Shown here piece after piece: positions 1-8,401 of a DNA stretch of 64,000 bases (the stretch's first letter is position 1; each line of letters begins with the position of its first letter). Under the pieces are notes generated by a model. That model was not told the DNA's origin. It was given only the letters and a program-made list of their open reading frames with translations, and did not search any database. Source of the stretch: an uncultured Gammaproteobacteria bacterium (lineage in GTDB: Bacteria > Pseudomonadota > Gammaproteobacteria > Natronospirales > JAJUFS01); contig CAZRFE010000006.1 in the NCBI GenBank assembly GCA_964599565.1, forward strand, positions 1,117-65,116. Direction: 5' to 3'. The translations under genes were made by a program, and so were the position numbers.

Positions 1-1
1 C

Positions 2-136
2 GCGCAGGCGTCAATGGACAGGAACAGCGACTGGAGCGTGCGACGCGTCGTGGATCCGAAACAGTACGGACTCAGCATGCGCCGCATCGCGGCCGATGAG
101 CTGCTGGAAGGCGGACACCAGGTGATCCATATCTGA
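2..136 (+). CDS. 3' end of an unidentified CDS entering from the left edge (partial)
   Basis: Open frame from the window edge (...RRIAADELLEGGHQVIHI), TGA at 134-136, followed directly by a strong hairpin terminator. Only 44 aa are visible, so the product cannot be assigned. Confidence 0.35.
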   Translation, partial: AQASMDRNSDWSVRRVVDPKQYGLSMRRIAADELLEGGHQVIHI

Positions 137-153
137 ACGGCGAATGCGGACAG

Positions 154-185
154 AAAAAAAGAGCCGGGCGTTGCCCGGCTTTTTT
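154..185. terminator. Bidirectional rho-independent terminator between convergent genes
   Basis: A7 run, 8-bp GC stem AGCCGGGC / GCCCGGCT (162-169 / 173-180) with loop GTT, then T5 (181-185). It reads as hairpin plus U-run on both strands. Confidence 0.8.
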
Positions 186-200
186 CATGCCGCTCCGCTG

Positions 201-902
201 CTACAGGAGATGCCCAAGGTCACGTCCTGCCGCCAGCCGTTGCCGCGGCCGCCCCGCGCGGAACAGCCACGCATCATGCGCGCCGGTCAATCGCAGGCGT
301 GCGTCCGCAAGCAGCAACGCATCGCCCTCGGGAAGTCCGACGACAACCTCGTTGGGATTCACCGCGAGAAATTCCTCGATGCGCTGCTCGCGAGTTTCGC
401 CGCGCAAGCCTTCCGGCATCGCGTCGGTGTAGTGCGGATTGATCTGGAACGGCACGAGTTCCAGTGCGCGGAAGCCCGGCGGATGCACGATCGGCATGTC
501 GTTCGTCGTGCGGATGCTGCGTCCCGCGACGTTCGAGCCCGCGCTCCAGCCGATGTACGGCGCACCCGCCTGCACGCGTTCGCGCAACGGGCGAACGAGA
601 TCGTTTGCATACAGGTCGTTCAAAAGACAGAACGTGTTGCCGCCGCTCACCAGCACCGCTTCGGCCTGTTCGACGGCGCGCACGGGATCGGCGGCGGAAT
701 CGATGTCGTCGATCGCAACGCCGAGGTGCGCAAATCTCTCCGTCACCATCGCAATGCGCGAAGGCCGCGCATCACCGACGATGGCGTATGGAATGAACAG
801 CGCGCGGCGAACGCCGTCGAGAACCTGCGCAAGTTCGTTCGCATTCGCTTCGAGAAAACCCGTGTCCGCGGAACGCGAACTGCTCATCAGCAACAGTTTC
901 AT
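201..902 (-). CDS. pepE: Dipeptidase E (peptidase family S51)
   Basis: 233 aa starting MKLLLMSSS. PepE-like blocks VLVSGGNTFCLLNDL, YIGWSAGSNV and FQINPHY. The ATG at 902 overlaps the TGA of the upstream gene (ATGA). The longer 522-aa track ORF upstream of this ATG is Arg/Ala-rich noise. Confidence 0.85.
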   Translation of the reverse strand: MKLLLMSSSRSADTGFLEANANELAQVLDGVRRALFIPYAIVGDARPSRIAMVTERFAHLGVAIDDIDSAADPVRAVEQAEAVLVSGGNTFCLLNDLYANDLVRPLRERVQAGAPYIGWSAGSNVAGRSIRTTNDMPIVHPPGFRALELVPFQINPHYTDAMPEGLRGETREQRIEEFLAVNPNEVVVGLPEGDALLLADARLRLTGAHDAWLFRAGRPRQRLAAGRDLGHLL

Positions 903-3475
903 CCAGCCTTTACCTCTCCTCGCGCCACACCTGCAGGCACCGGTGCAACATAACCAACGACCAGCAGCAGCAGGCCGACGCCGATGAATGATATCACCCG
1001 CGTCAGGCTGCCCGTGTTGCCGAGATCCACGCCGAACAGTTTCACGACGACGACCGCCATCAGCATGGCGCCGGCCATCCACATCATTCGATGACGCAGT
1101 CGCGCACCGAGCACCATCGCCGTGATGCCGAGCGCGCTCCAGGTGATCGACAGCACCGACTGGAATGCGCCGCTGCGCCACAGCGTGCGCGCCGTGAACG
1201 GTACGTCGCCCAGGTGGTGCACGCTGCGCGCAATTTCCTGCGACACGAGGAAAAGCCCGAATGCCGCGAGCGGCAGCCAGCCGTGTACGGGCCGGAAGAT
1301 CATCGTTCCATAAGATGAGACGGCAACGGCAATCACCGCGCTCGTCAGCAGCATCATGTTGAGCAAAGGAATGTATGGCAGCGGCGCGAAATTTCCCGGG
1401 TTGTGCACGTTCCACAGGAACACGCAGGCAATCATCGCGAAGAGCACCGGCGTCAGCGCTGTCTCGCGACGGTACTCCGCCGCGTAATGCCGGAGCGCGA
1501 AACGATCGCTGAAGAACACAAGACCGAGCAGCACGAAGAGTATCGCGCTCAGGTTCCAGTCGGTGCCCGGCGCCCATGTGCCGATGACATGATCGGTTTC
1601 CGCCGTCAGCCACAGCGCGGCGAGCCACAGCGCGCCCGGCAGCGTCCATGTACGCCACCCGGCGAGACCATGCACGATCCAGCCGAGCGCTGCGAATGCA
1701 ACCGGCCACGCCATCCAGCCGAAGTCCGCAAGAAGATCGGGCGAGCGTTCGACAAGCCATGCAATCCACGCGATGAACATGAACGGCAGCAGCGATGTTG
1801 CAAGCACGCGCGCATGCGGGGCAAAGCGCTGCGAGATGCGCTCCAGAACGACCGTCATCGTCGCGAACAGCGCGAGACTTGCAGCTGCTTCCAGGCGGTG
1901 CGGTGCATGCGTGAAGAGCTCAACCTGGGCGAGCAGCAGCCAGCCGAACCACGCGAACGTCGCCGTGATCCAGCGCAGCGGAAGATCCGCCGGTGCCGCA
2001 TCGGGATGCACGGTGTAGATCCACGCGCAGAAACTCGCAGCGGAACAGAGCATCGCGCCGCCGATGAAACGCTCGCTCAGCAACAGCGGCGTGCTGCCAA
2101 GCTCGGGAAGTCCGGCAAGGTAGGCGAGCACGGCGACCAGCATCAGGCCGATGCCTGCCCAATGCGTCAGCCACCGGTGCTGCTTGATGCCGATCGCGAT
2201 CATCGCCGCCGCTTCAAGCGCCCATGTGTTCGAAACCCATGGCGCGTCCAGCCAGAGCGGAATGGCCAGCGTGCCGAAGATGACGGCGAGCGCAACGTAC
2301 ACCTCGGCCAGCAGCGTCATCGCTTCGCCGAAACGTTTCACGAGCAGCCATGAAATGCCCGCATAGAACACCGCAAGCACCGATGCCGTCCACGCAAGCG
2401 GCAGGCTTTCGCCATCGACGAGCGCAGCCTGCAGGGGAAAGACAGCCAATGGCAGGCCGAACACGAGTGCGCTGTCGACATGGCCGCGCAGACGGAACGG
2501 CTGGCGCAGGGCGGACAGCACCGCAATGGCGGTGTACAGCAGGAAATGCAGAACGAGGAAAGGTTCGACGCTCGCGAAATTCTGCGCGCGGTAATACTGC
2601 GCGCCCCACGCAAGACCGATACCGAACGTGAAGAAGAAGCCCAGCAGGTTCAACATGCGCCAGTGACGGAACCACGCAACGCCCGCGACACCGATGTTGA
2701 GTACGAGGTAATAGGAAAACAGCGCGACGTGCGAACCCGTGCCGGTGGAAGCAAGCAGGGGCGCGAGGAATCCGCCGACGGTGCCGAGCACCGCGAGCGA
2801 GCGCGCATCCTGCCGCAGCGCGAGCCAGCCTGCGAACGCAGCAACGAGCACGAGACACGGGAACGCGACCGCTGCCGGCAGCAACTGGAACAGCCGCAGT
2901 GCGGCGTAAACCGCAAGATAGAGAACGCCGATGCCGCCGCCCTGCACGCTCAGTGCATACACGCGATGCGACGTTCGCAACCGCCAGCCGACGAACAGCA
3001 GCGCACCGCCGAACGCAGCAACACCGGCAAGACGCAGCTCGACAGGCAACAGCATCCAGCCCTGCTCGACGGCATACTTCAGCAGGAATGCAACGCCGAA
3101 GAACGACACGAGCACGCCCGCCTTCGCGGGAACGTTCCCGCTCACGAGCCAGCGCAGGATCGCGTTCTGCCGCCAGTCATATGAAACGACCGGCGTCGCT
3201 GCGGGCAGCACCGGTGCGGATGCGACCGCGGTGTGAGCGGGCGGCGGCGCTTGCGGTGCAGGCGCGGGAACGGGTGGCGCAGCGCGCGGCGTTTCCGCGG
3301 CCGGCCGCTTCGTATCACCCAGCGCCTTGCCTTCCAGATTGCGCAGCCGTTCCTCCAGCCGCAACACGCGCCACAACGCCCAGCCGAGCGCGGCGCCCAG
3401 CATGAACTGCAGTACAGGTACGCTTCCTGCGGCAACGAATGCCAGTCCACCGATGATTGCCAGTATCCATTCCAT
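899..3475 (-). CDS. Large polytopic membrane protein, DUF2339-like
   Basis: 858 aa from ATG 3475 (MEWILAIIGG...). It has an N-terminal TM helix, a short coiled segment (LRLEERLRNLEG), a Pro/Ala-rich linker, then more than 20 hydrophobic helices. The architecture matches what I recall for DUF2339. The first 70 codons of the track ORF lack coding character. Confidence 0.7.
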   Translation of the reverse strand: MEWILAIIGGLAFVAAGSVPVLQFMLGAALGWALWRVLRLEERLRNLEGKALGDTKRPAAETPRAAPPVPAPAPQAPPPAHTAVASAPVLPAATPVVSYDWRQNAILRWLVSGNVPAKAGVLVSFFGVAFLLKYAVEQGWMLLPVELRLAGVAAFGGALLFVGWRLRTSHRVYALSVQGGGIGVLYLAVYAALRLFQLLPAAVAFPCLVLVAAFAGWLALRQDARSLAVLGTVGGFLAPLLASTGTGSHVALFSYYLVLNIGVAGVAWFRHWRMLNLLGFFFTFGIGLAWGAQYYRAQNFASVEPFLVLHFLLYTAIAVLSALRQPFRLRGHVDSALVFGLPLAVFPLQAALVDGESLPLAWTASVLAVFYAGISWLLVKRFGEAMTLLAEVYVALAVIFGTLAIPLWLDAPWVSNTWALEAAAMIAIGIKQHRWLTHWAGIGLMLVAVLAYLAGLPELGSTPLLLSERFIGGAMLCSAASFCAWIYTVHPDAAPADLPLRWITATFAWFGWLLLAQVELFTHAPHRLEAAASLALFATMTVVLERISQRFAPHARVLATSLLPFMFIAWIAWLVERSPDLLADFGWMAWPVAFAALGWIVHGLAGWRTWTLPGALWLAALWLTAETDHVIGTWAPGTDWNLSAILFVLLGLVFFSDRFALRHYAAEYRRETALTPVLFAMIACVFLWNVHNPGNFAPLPYIPLLNMMLLTSAVIAVAVSSYGTMIFRPVHGWLPLAAFGLFLVSQEIARSVHHLGDVPFTARTLWRSGAFQSVLSITWSALGITAMVLGARLRHRMMWMAGAMLMAVVVVKLFGVDLGNTGSLTRVISFIGVGLLLLVVGYVAPVPAGVARGEVKAG

Positions 3476-3489
3476 GGCGGTACTCCGCG

Positions 3490-3912
3490 TCAGAAGATGT
3501 CGAATGCGAAACGCAGCACCATTGCGAACAGCAGCACACCGCCGGCCATGTAGATGATGAAGCGATGCATCACCTTGTTGTACGTGAGATGGATTGCACT
3601 GTGCACGATGCGAAGCACGACGAATCCCCAGGCAAGTGCGAGGTAGACGGTGTCCGCGCGACCGGTCACGTACAGCGCGATGCACAGCGCATGGAACAGC
3701 ACGGGCAGTTCGAAGAGATTCGCGAAGTTGTCGCTCGCGCGCCGTTCCGCGCCGCCAAGATCAACCGCTGCCTTGTCCGCACGCGTCGCGAGCTTCTGCG
3801 GATGCACGCGCTGCCTTCGTATCGCCGGAATGCGCGTGAAATAAAGGCGCAGCCACACGACGAACGTGAGCGTCATCAGGATGGCGAACGGCTGCAGGAT
3901 GGCAGCGCTCAT
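3490..3912 (-). CDS. MAPEG family membrane protein
   Basis: 140 aa with 4 hydrophobic helices. MAPEG-like core (...ERRASDNFANLFELPVLFHAL...RIVHSAIHLTYN). Its ATG overlaps the putP stop (ATGA at 3909-3912). Confidence 0.7.
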   Translation of the reverse strand: MSAAILQPFAILMTLTFVVWLRLYFTRIPAIRRQRVHPQKLATRADKAAVDLGGAERRASDNFANLFELPVLFHALCIALYVTGRADTVYLALAWGFVVLRIVHSAIHLTYNKVMHRFIIYMAGGVLLFAMVLRFAFDIF

Positions 3913-5366
3913 GATTGCGCATCTTCCCGGCGTGTCAGCTGCGTCGCGACGACGATGGCAATCGTCGAGAGCACGAAGCCCGGCACGAGTTCATAGAGAT
4001 CGAACAGCGGCGCATGACCGCGCAGCATCGGCCACGCAACGACCGTGCAGCCGCCGACGATCACGCCGGCGAGCGCGCCTGCGCGATTCGCGCGCGGCCA
4101 GTAGAGCGAAAGAATGATGATGGGGCCGAATGCCGCACCGAATCCCGCCCACGCCCATGCAACGAGTTCCAGCACCTTGCTGTCGGGACTGCGCGCGAGC
4201 ACGAGCGCGAGCACGGCAATCGCAAGCACCGCGAAGCGTCCCGTCCACAGGAGTTCGCGCTGCGATGCGTTCTTCCTGAACACGCCCTTGTAGAAATCTT
4301 CCGCGAACGCGCTCGATGCGACGAGCAGTTGCGCGGACGCGGTGCTCATCACCGCGGCGAGAATCGCGGACAGGCAGATGCCGGCGATGACGGGCGGAAA
4401 GAACTCGACGGACATGTAGATGAACACTTTCTCCGAATCCGCACCCGCGAGCTGCCGGTCCAGCACGCCCACGCCGGTGATGCCGACGATCAGCGCCGCT
4501 ACGAGCACGACGGTCTGCCATGTCATCGCGATGCGTCGCGCCGCCGCGACGCCGCTCGCATCGCGAATCGCCATGAAGCGCGCGAGAATGTGCGGCTGTC
4601 CGGGGTAGCCCAGTCCCCAGCCGATGAGCGACGCGATGCCGATCCAGCCGAGCGTTTCGCCGGTCGCGGACGTGAACGGGTTCAGCATTTCCGGGTTGAG
4701 CGCGTTCAGCGTGCTCTCGATGCCGTTGCTGCCACCGATGAGATACCAGCCCGTTGCGGCAACGATGAGAAGCGCGAAGAACATCAGCGTGCCCTGCATG
4801 ACATCCGCCCAGGAGATCGCGAGGAAACCGCCGAAGAACGTGTAGATGACGATCGAGGCGCCGCCGACCATCACCGCCCAGAAGTACGGCATGCCGAACA
4901 GCGTTTCGAAAAGCTTTCCCGCCGCGACGAACCCGGAGCTCGTGTACAGCGTGAAGAAGAACAGCACGAACGCACCGGCGATGAGGCGAAGCGCGCGCGA
5001 ACTGTCGTTGAAGCGGCGCTCGAAGTAATCCGGCAGCGTCAGCGCATCGCCGAGGCGTTCCGTTGCCTCGCGCAGTCGTTGCGCGACAAGTTTCCAGTTG
5101 AGATAGGTGCCAAGCAGCAGGCCGAGAACCATCCACCACGCTTCGAGCCCCGCGAGGTACGCAAGCCCGGGCAATCCCATCAGCAGCCAGCCGCTCATGT
5201 CGGACGCCTGCGCGGCGAGCGCCGTCACCCAGCTGTTGAGCGAGCGCCCACCGAGGATGAAATCGGACAGGCTGCGTGTTCGCCGGTAAGCGACGACTGC
5301 AAGCAGCAGGATGACGGCGAGGTAGACACAGAACGTGCCGATGATGGTGGTCGCATTGTCGATCAT
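3909..5366 (-). CDS. putP: Sodium/proline symporter (SSS family)
   Basis: 485 aa. The N-terminus ...FILGGRSLNSWVTALAAQASDMSGWLLMGLPG and the overall 13-TM pattern are typical of PutP. Confidence 0.9.
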   Translation of the reverse strand: MIDNATTIIGTFCVYLAVILLLAVVAYRRTRSLSDFILGGRSLNSWVTALAAQASDMSGWLLMGLPGLAYLAGLEAWWMVLGLLLGTYLNWKLVAQRLREATERLGDALTLPDYFERRFNDSSRALRLIAGAFVLFFFTLYTSSGFVAAGKLFETLFGMPYFWAVMVGGASIVIYTFFGGFLAISWADVMQGTLMFFALLIVAATGWYLIGGSNGIESTLNALNPEMLNPFTSATGETLGWIGIASLIGWGLGYPGQPHILARFMAIRDASGVAAARRIAMTWQTVVLVAALIVGITGVGVLDRQLAGADSEKVFIYMSVEFFPPVIAGICLSAILAAVMSTASAQLLVASSAFAEDFYKGVFRKNASQRELLWTGRFAVLAIAVLALVLARSPDSKVLELVAWAWAGFGAAFGPIIILSLYWPRANRAGALAGVIVGGCTVVAWPMLRGHAPLFDLYELVPGFVLSTIAIVVATQLTRREDAQS

Positions 5367-5389
5367 GCGCAGGCCCCGTTTTCGATTGA

Positions 5390-5647
5390 TTATGTGTTTG
5401 TAACGGAAATGCGTCGCAGACTACGCCACAGCGGATGCACTGATGCAAGCGCGGCGCATGGAAGATTAAGGATACGGGAGGTTGGCTTGGCGTGAAGGTC
5501 GGACCCGCGGCGGGTATCCCGCCGCAGGTCTTCCCGTGCCTGCCTGCGTGCTGCCTTGTGGCTCTTGCGATGGACGCCGCCCTTGCGAAGCAGGGGGTTG
5601 GCGGCCGCCGCGAGGTTGCGCAGGGCAGGCTTGTCGCGCTTTCGCAT
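5390..5647 (-). CDS. Small highly basic protein of unknown family (possibly ArfA-like; see findings)
   Basis: 85-codon ORF with a strong SD (GAAGGAGG, complement of 5653-5660) 5 nt before the ATG. N-terminal 39 aa are Lys/Arg-rich (MRKRDKPALRNLAAAANPLLRKGGVHRKSHKAARRQARE). A 12-bp GC hairpin covers codons 40-49, and the 3' half has poor coding character. Confidence 0.55.
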   Translation of the reverse strand: MRKRDKPALRNLAAAANPLLRKGGVHRKSHKAARRQAREDLRRDTRRGSDLHAKPTSRILNLPCAALASVHPLWRSLRRISVTNT

Positions 5648-5662
5648 GACAGCCTCCTTCGC

Positions 5663-5698
5663 AAATGAAAACGGCGCGGCATTCTATGCCCGCGCCGT
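5663..5698 (-). terminator. Rho-independent terminator after the VWA lipoprotein gene
   Basis: 9-bp stem ACGGCGCGG / CCGCGCCGT (5671-5679 / 5690-5698). On the minus strand it is followed by TTTTCATTTGC. Confidence 0.6.
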
Positions 5699-5721
5699 GG
5701 TGATTGAAAGCGAAGAAGCCG

Positions 5722-6369
5722 TTACTGCAGCAGGCGCTCCAGGCGGTCGAGATCGTTGATCACGCGAAACGTGCCGCCGCCCGCCTCGACGCGCTGCTTC
5801 CACGATTCGATGCGATCGAGGTATTCGCGCGGATCGACATTGTCGCTGCGCAGCTTCGTGACATTCACCGCCACCACCTCGAAGCCATCCAGCGTGAACG
5901 GAATGTCGCGCACATAGCCTTCCGCGAGGTCTTCCTTGAGGTCGGAGAAGATCAGCACGGTCTTGCGTCCGCTCTCGCGTTCGTTGAGATATTCCGTCGC
6001 CTGCAGGATGCCGCCGGTGATGTCGGTGTATGCCGCAGATCTCGCGGACTTCACGAACGCGTCGATCTGTTCCTGGAAGCCGCGCTTCTGCTGGTTTGCG
6101 GCACTCGGCCGGTCATCGAACGCGACTTTCGCGACGATGTCCTTCTCGCTGAAGCTCGCGGTGTCGATGCGCGCAACCGCGAACGCATCGCCCGGTTCCA
6201 GGCGCGTCAGCACGTAGCTGATGATCTGCTGCGCCTTGGTGAGTTCCTCGGTGTACGTGCCCGAGGTATCAAGCAGCATGTACACGCCGCGACTGTGAGA
6301 GGTGCTGCCCTGCGAGCACGCGGCAAGCATGACGCAGGCTGCAATCAGGAGTTTGCGCATCATGTTCAT
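5722..6369 (-). CDS. VWA-domain lipoprotein with a complete MIDAS motif
   Basis: 215 aa from ATG 6369 (MNMMRKLLIAACVMLAACSQG, lipobox LAAC). MIDAS residues DTSGT, TDITGG and FSDLKED. The ATG overlaps the stop of the upstream gene (ATGA 6366-6369). Confidence 0.8.
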   Translation of the reverse strand: MNMMRKLLIAACVMLAACSQGSTSHSRGVYMLLDTSGTYTEELTKAQQIISYVLTRLEPGDAFAVARIDTASFSEKDIVAKVAFDDRPSAANQQKRGFQEQIDAFVKSARSAAYTDITGGILQATEYLNERESGRKTVLIFSDLKEDLAEGYVRDIPFTLDGFEVVAVNVTKLRSDNVDPREYLDRIESWKQRVEAGGGTFRVINDLDRLERLLQ

Positions 6370-7790
6370 GCCCTCCCTGTCTTGAGGTTGCGGGCCGGCG
6401 CGCCGCGGAACGCGAGCACGCGCTCCTCGATCCACAGCGGCAGGAAGATGAGCATGTCGTATCCCGCCGCAAGGAAGCGCGATGCGCCGCGCATGAAGCG
6501 CGCGAACACGCGGAACACCGTCGCGAGCGTGCGCAGCAGCGCGATCGCAACGATGCCGAGCACGGTGCGCAGCGAATGGATGAACGTCTCGAGCGGAATC
6601 GCGACGAAGGTGAGCGCGAAGGGCAGGATGAAACCCATGCCCATCTGCGCGGCGGTCGTGATCCACAGGAAGCGCGGCTCGATGACCGCGGCGGCTTCGC
6701 CGCGCAGCATCGCGCTTGTCGCAAGTTCATCCTGCACGAGAATCTCGCGCATGAACGCAAGGCCCGCCTCGACGGCAGCCAGCAAGGTAAGAATGGTGAG
6801 CGCGATCCACAGCATGCGCACGCGCAGTCGATCGTCGAGCGAGCTGATCACCGGGAACAGCCGCGTGATGCGCAGCGACTCCATCAGGAACAGGCCCATG
6901 GAAATCTCGACCAGGATGATCACCAGTGCGGCGATGTCCGCGATCTTGAGTCCGCCGATCATGTTCGTGCCACCGACCATCTCCGACATCGGCCGCGCGA
7001 TGAGGTTGAAGTTGATGATGGCGCCGCCCACAGCGATGCCGAGCACGAACATCGAGATGAAGAACTGGCTGAGCGATGACGACGACAGCGTGCGCAGTGC
7101 ACGATCGCTGCCCTTGCTGATTTCCTCGTAGTCATCCATGTGGCGGTCGATGGCAACGGCGCGGTCCAGCAGCCGCTGCAGTTTCTTGTCGACGCTCGCG
7201 AGACTTTCCAGCAGCGCGCGCCAGTGCGGCATCGCGCGCTTGAGAAGGTTGTGGCGCTGGCGCGAATCCTGGCGGTACTCGGTGATCGCGCGTGCTTCGA
7301 TCTTCTTCAGCGAGCCGTGGATGTCGTCGAGCACGCGCGCAACCATCGCATCCGCTTTCGGGATTTCGGCGACGGCCTGCACGGCCTGCACCCAGCCGGG
7401 CGGCGATGGCGGTACGTCGCGCGAGCGTTCGTAATCCTCCTCGATGGCCGTGATCGATTCGCTCAGCCGGCGATGAAACGCCGGGTAATCGGAAAGTTCC
7501 TTGCGCACGGAACTCTGCACGCGCTGGAACTCGCGTTCGATCGCGCGCTCGGTCGCTTCGCGGCCCTGCGCGAGCAGCACTTCGCGGTTGCGTTGCGCGA
7601 GATGTTCGCCGCCGCGCGCGAGCGTGACGGCCGCGAGCCGGAACGACCGGTACAGCGCATCGCCGGCGGCGAGCAGCGCGGCGCGCGCCGGCGTGCGTGC
7701 GAGGTAGAGAAACAGCGCCGCCAGCAGGAACAGCAGCAGCGCGGAAAGGCCGGGATACGGCGTGATGTTCAACAACTCCGAACCGCTCAT
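6366..7790 (-). CDS. Unknown inner-membrane protein (N-terminal TM, long charged helical region, C-terminal 5-TM bundle)
   Basis: 474 aa. SD AAGGGGAG (complement of 7796-7803) lies 5 nt before the ATG. Codon usage is consistent with neighbouring genes. I recognise no family signature. Confidence 0.8.
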   Translation of the reverse strand: MSGSELLNITPYPGLSALLLFLLAALFLYLARTPARAALLAAGDALYRSFRLAAVTLARGGEHLAQRNREVLLAQGREATERAIEREFQRVQSSVRKELSDYPAFHRRLSESITAIEEDYERSRDVPPSPPGWVQAVQAVAEIPKADAMVARVLDDIHGSLKKIEARAITEYRQDSRQRHNLLKRAMPHWRALLESLASVDKKLQRLLDRAVAIDRHMDDYEEISKGSDRALRTLSSSSLSQFFISMFVLGIAVGGAIINFNLIARPMSEMVGGTNMIGGLKIADIAALVIILVEISMGLFLMESLRITRLFPVISSLDDRLRVRMLWIALTILTLLAAVEAGLAFMREILVQDELATSAMLRGEAAAVIEPRFLWITTAAQMGMGFILPFALTFVAIPLETFIHSLRTVLGIVAIALLRTLATVFRVFARFMRGASRFLAAGYDMLIFLPLWIEERVLAFRGAPARNLKTGRA

Positions 7791-7878
7791 TGCAACTCCC
7801 CTTATATATGGTTTTTCCCGAAGCTAGGCCGAATGCGCGGCACATGACCGTGGCCGGGATCACATAATGCAGGGGTAG

Positions 7879-8268
7879 TTACTTATTGCGGGGATGAGTG
7901 CGACGCAGGTCACCGAATTCCGCGGTTATCGTCACATCCGGTTCCTGGAAACTGCAGTTGAAGCCGATGGTTTCGCGCGTCACGCGCGGCTCCTGGAGAA
8001 TGTCCACGGTACCGCCGAACGACCGGCAGACGCGATTCGCGGCTTCCAGCGGTACCGGCGAGCGAAACGACTGCACGTCCGCGGGAAGAAAGCTGTAGTA
8101 GCGCGAGCGCGGATCGTAGCTCCATTCTCCGCCCGGCCCGGCATCCGCGCGCACGTCCACGACGCGCGCCGCGGGCGCGACGTCACTCACGGCGGCGATG
8201 ACGCCGTCCCGGTATGTCAGTGCAATGGCTGCAAGCAGCAGGAGAAGCCAGATTTCCCGCGTACGCAT
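7879..8268 (-). CDS. Small secreted or membrane-anchored hypothetical protein
   Basis: 129 aa from ATG 8268 (MRTREIWLLLLLAAIALTY...), preceded by SD AGGGAGGA. Hydrophobic N-terminal signal/anchor and two Cys residues. No recognisable family. Confidence 0.6.
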   Translation of the reverse strand: MRTREIWLLLLLAAIALTYRDGVIAAVSDVAPAARVVDVRADAGPGGEWSYDPRSRYYSFLPADVQSFRSPVPLEAANRVCRSFGGTVDILQEPRVTRETIGFNCSFQEPDVTITAEFGDLRRTHPRNK

Positions 8269-8355
8269 GGTGCGTCCTCCCTGGCGCATTCATGCATCGA
8301 GACTGGATCGCGGCGAGGTCGTTCACCATCGGGAGTGATACCGAAAGTCTGGAAA

Positions 8356-8382
8356 CGAAAAACCCCGGCAGCGCCGGGGTTT
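8356..8382 (-). terminator. Rho-independent terminator after the M16 peptidase pair
   Basis: Stem ACCCCGGC / GCCGGGGT (8362-8369 / 8373-8380) with loop AGC. On the minus strand it is followed by T5. Confidence 0.7.
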
Positions 8383-8401
8383 CACGGATGCCCGGAACGC
8401 T

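Noticed and set aside
3915-5495. 526-aa plus-strand ORF
   Set aside because: It is exactly antisense to putP. The translation is Arg/Asp/Glu/His-rich with no hydrophobic core or motifs. This is a typical high-GC shadow ORF, while the opposite strand has an unmistakable SSS transporter.
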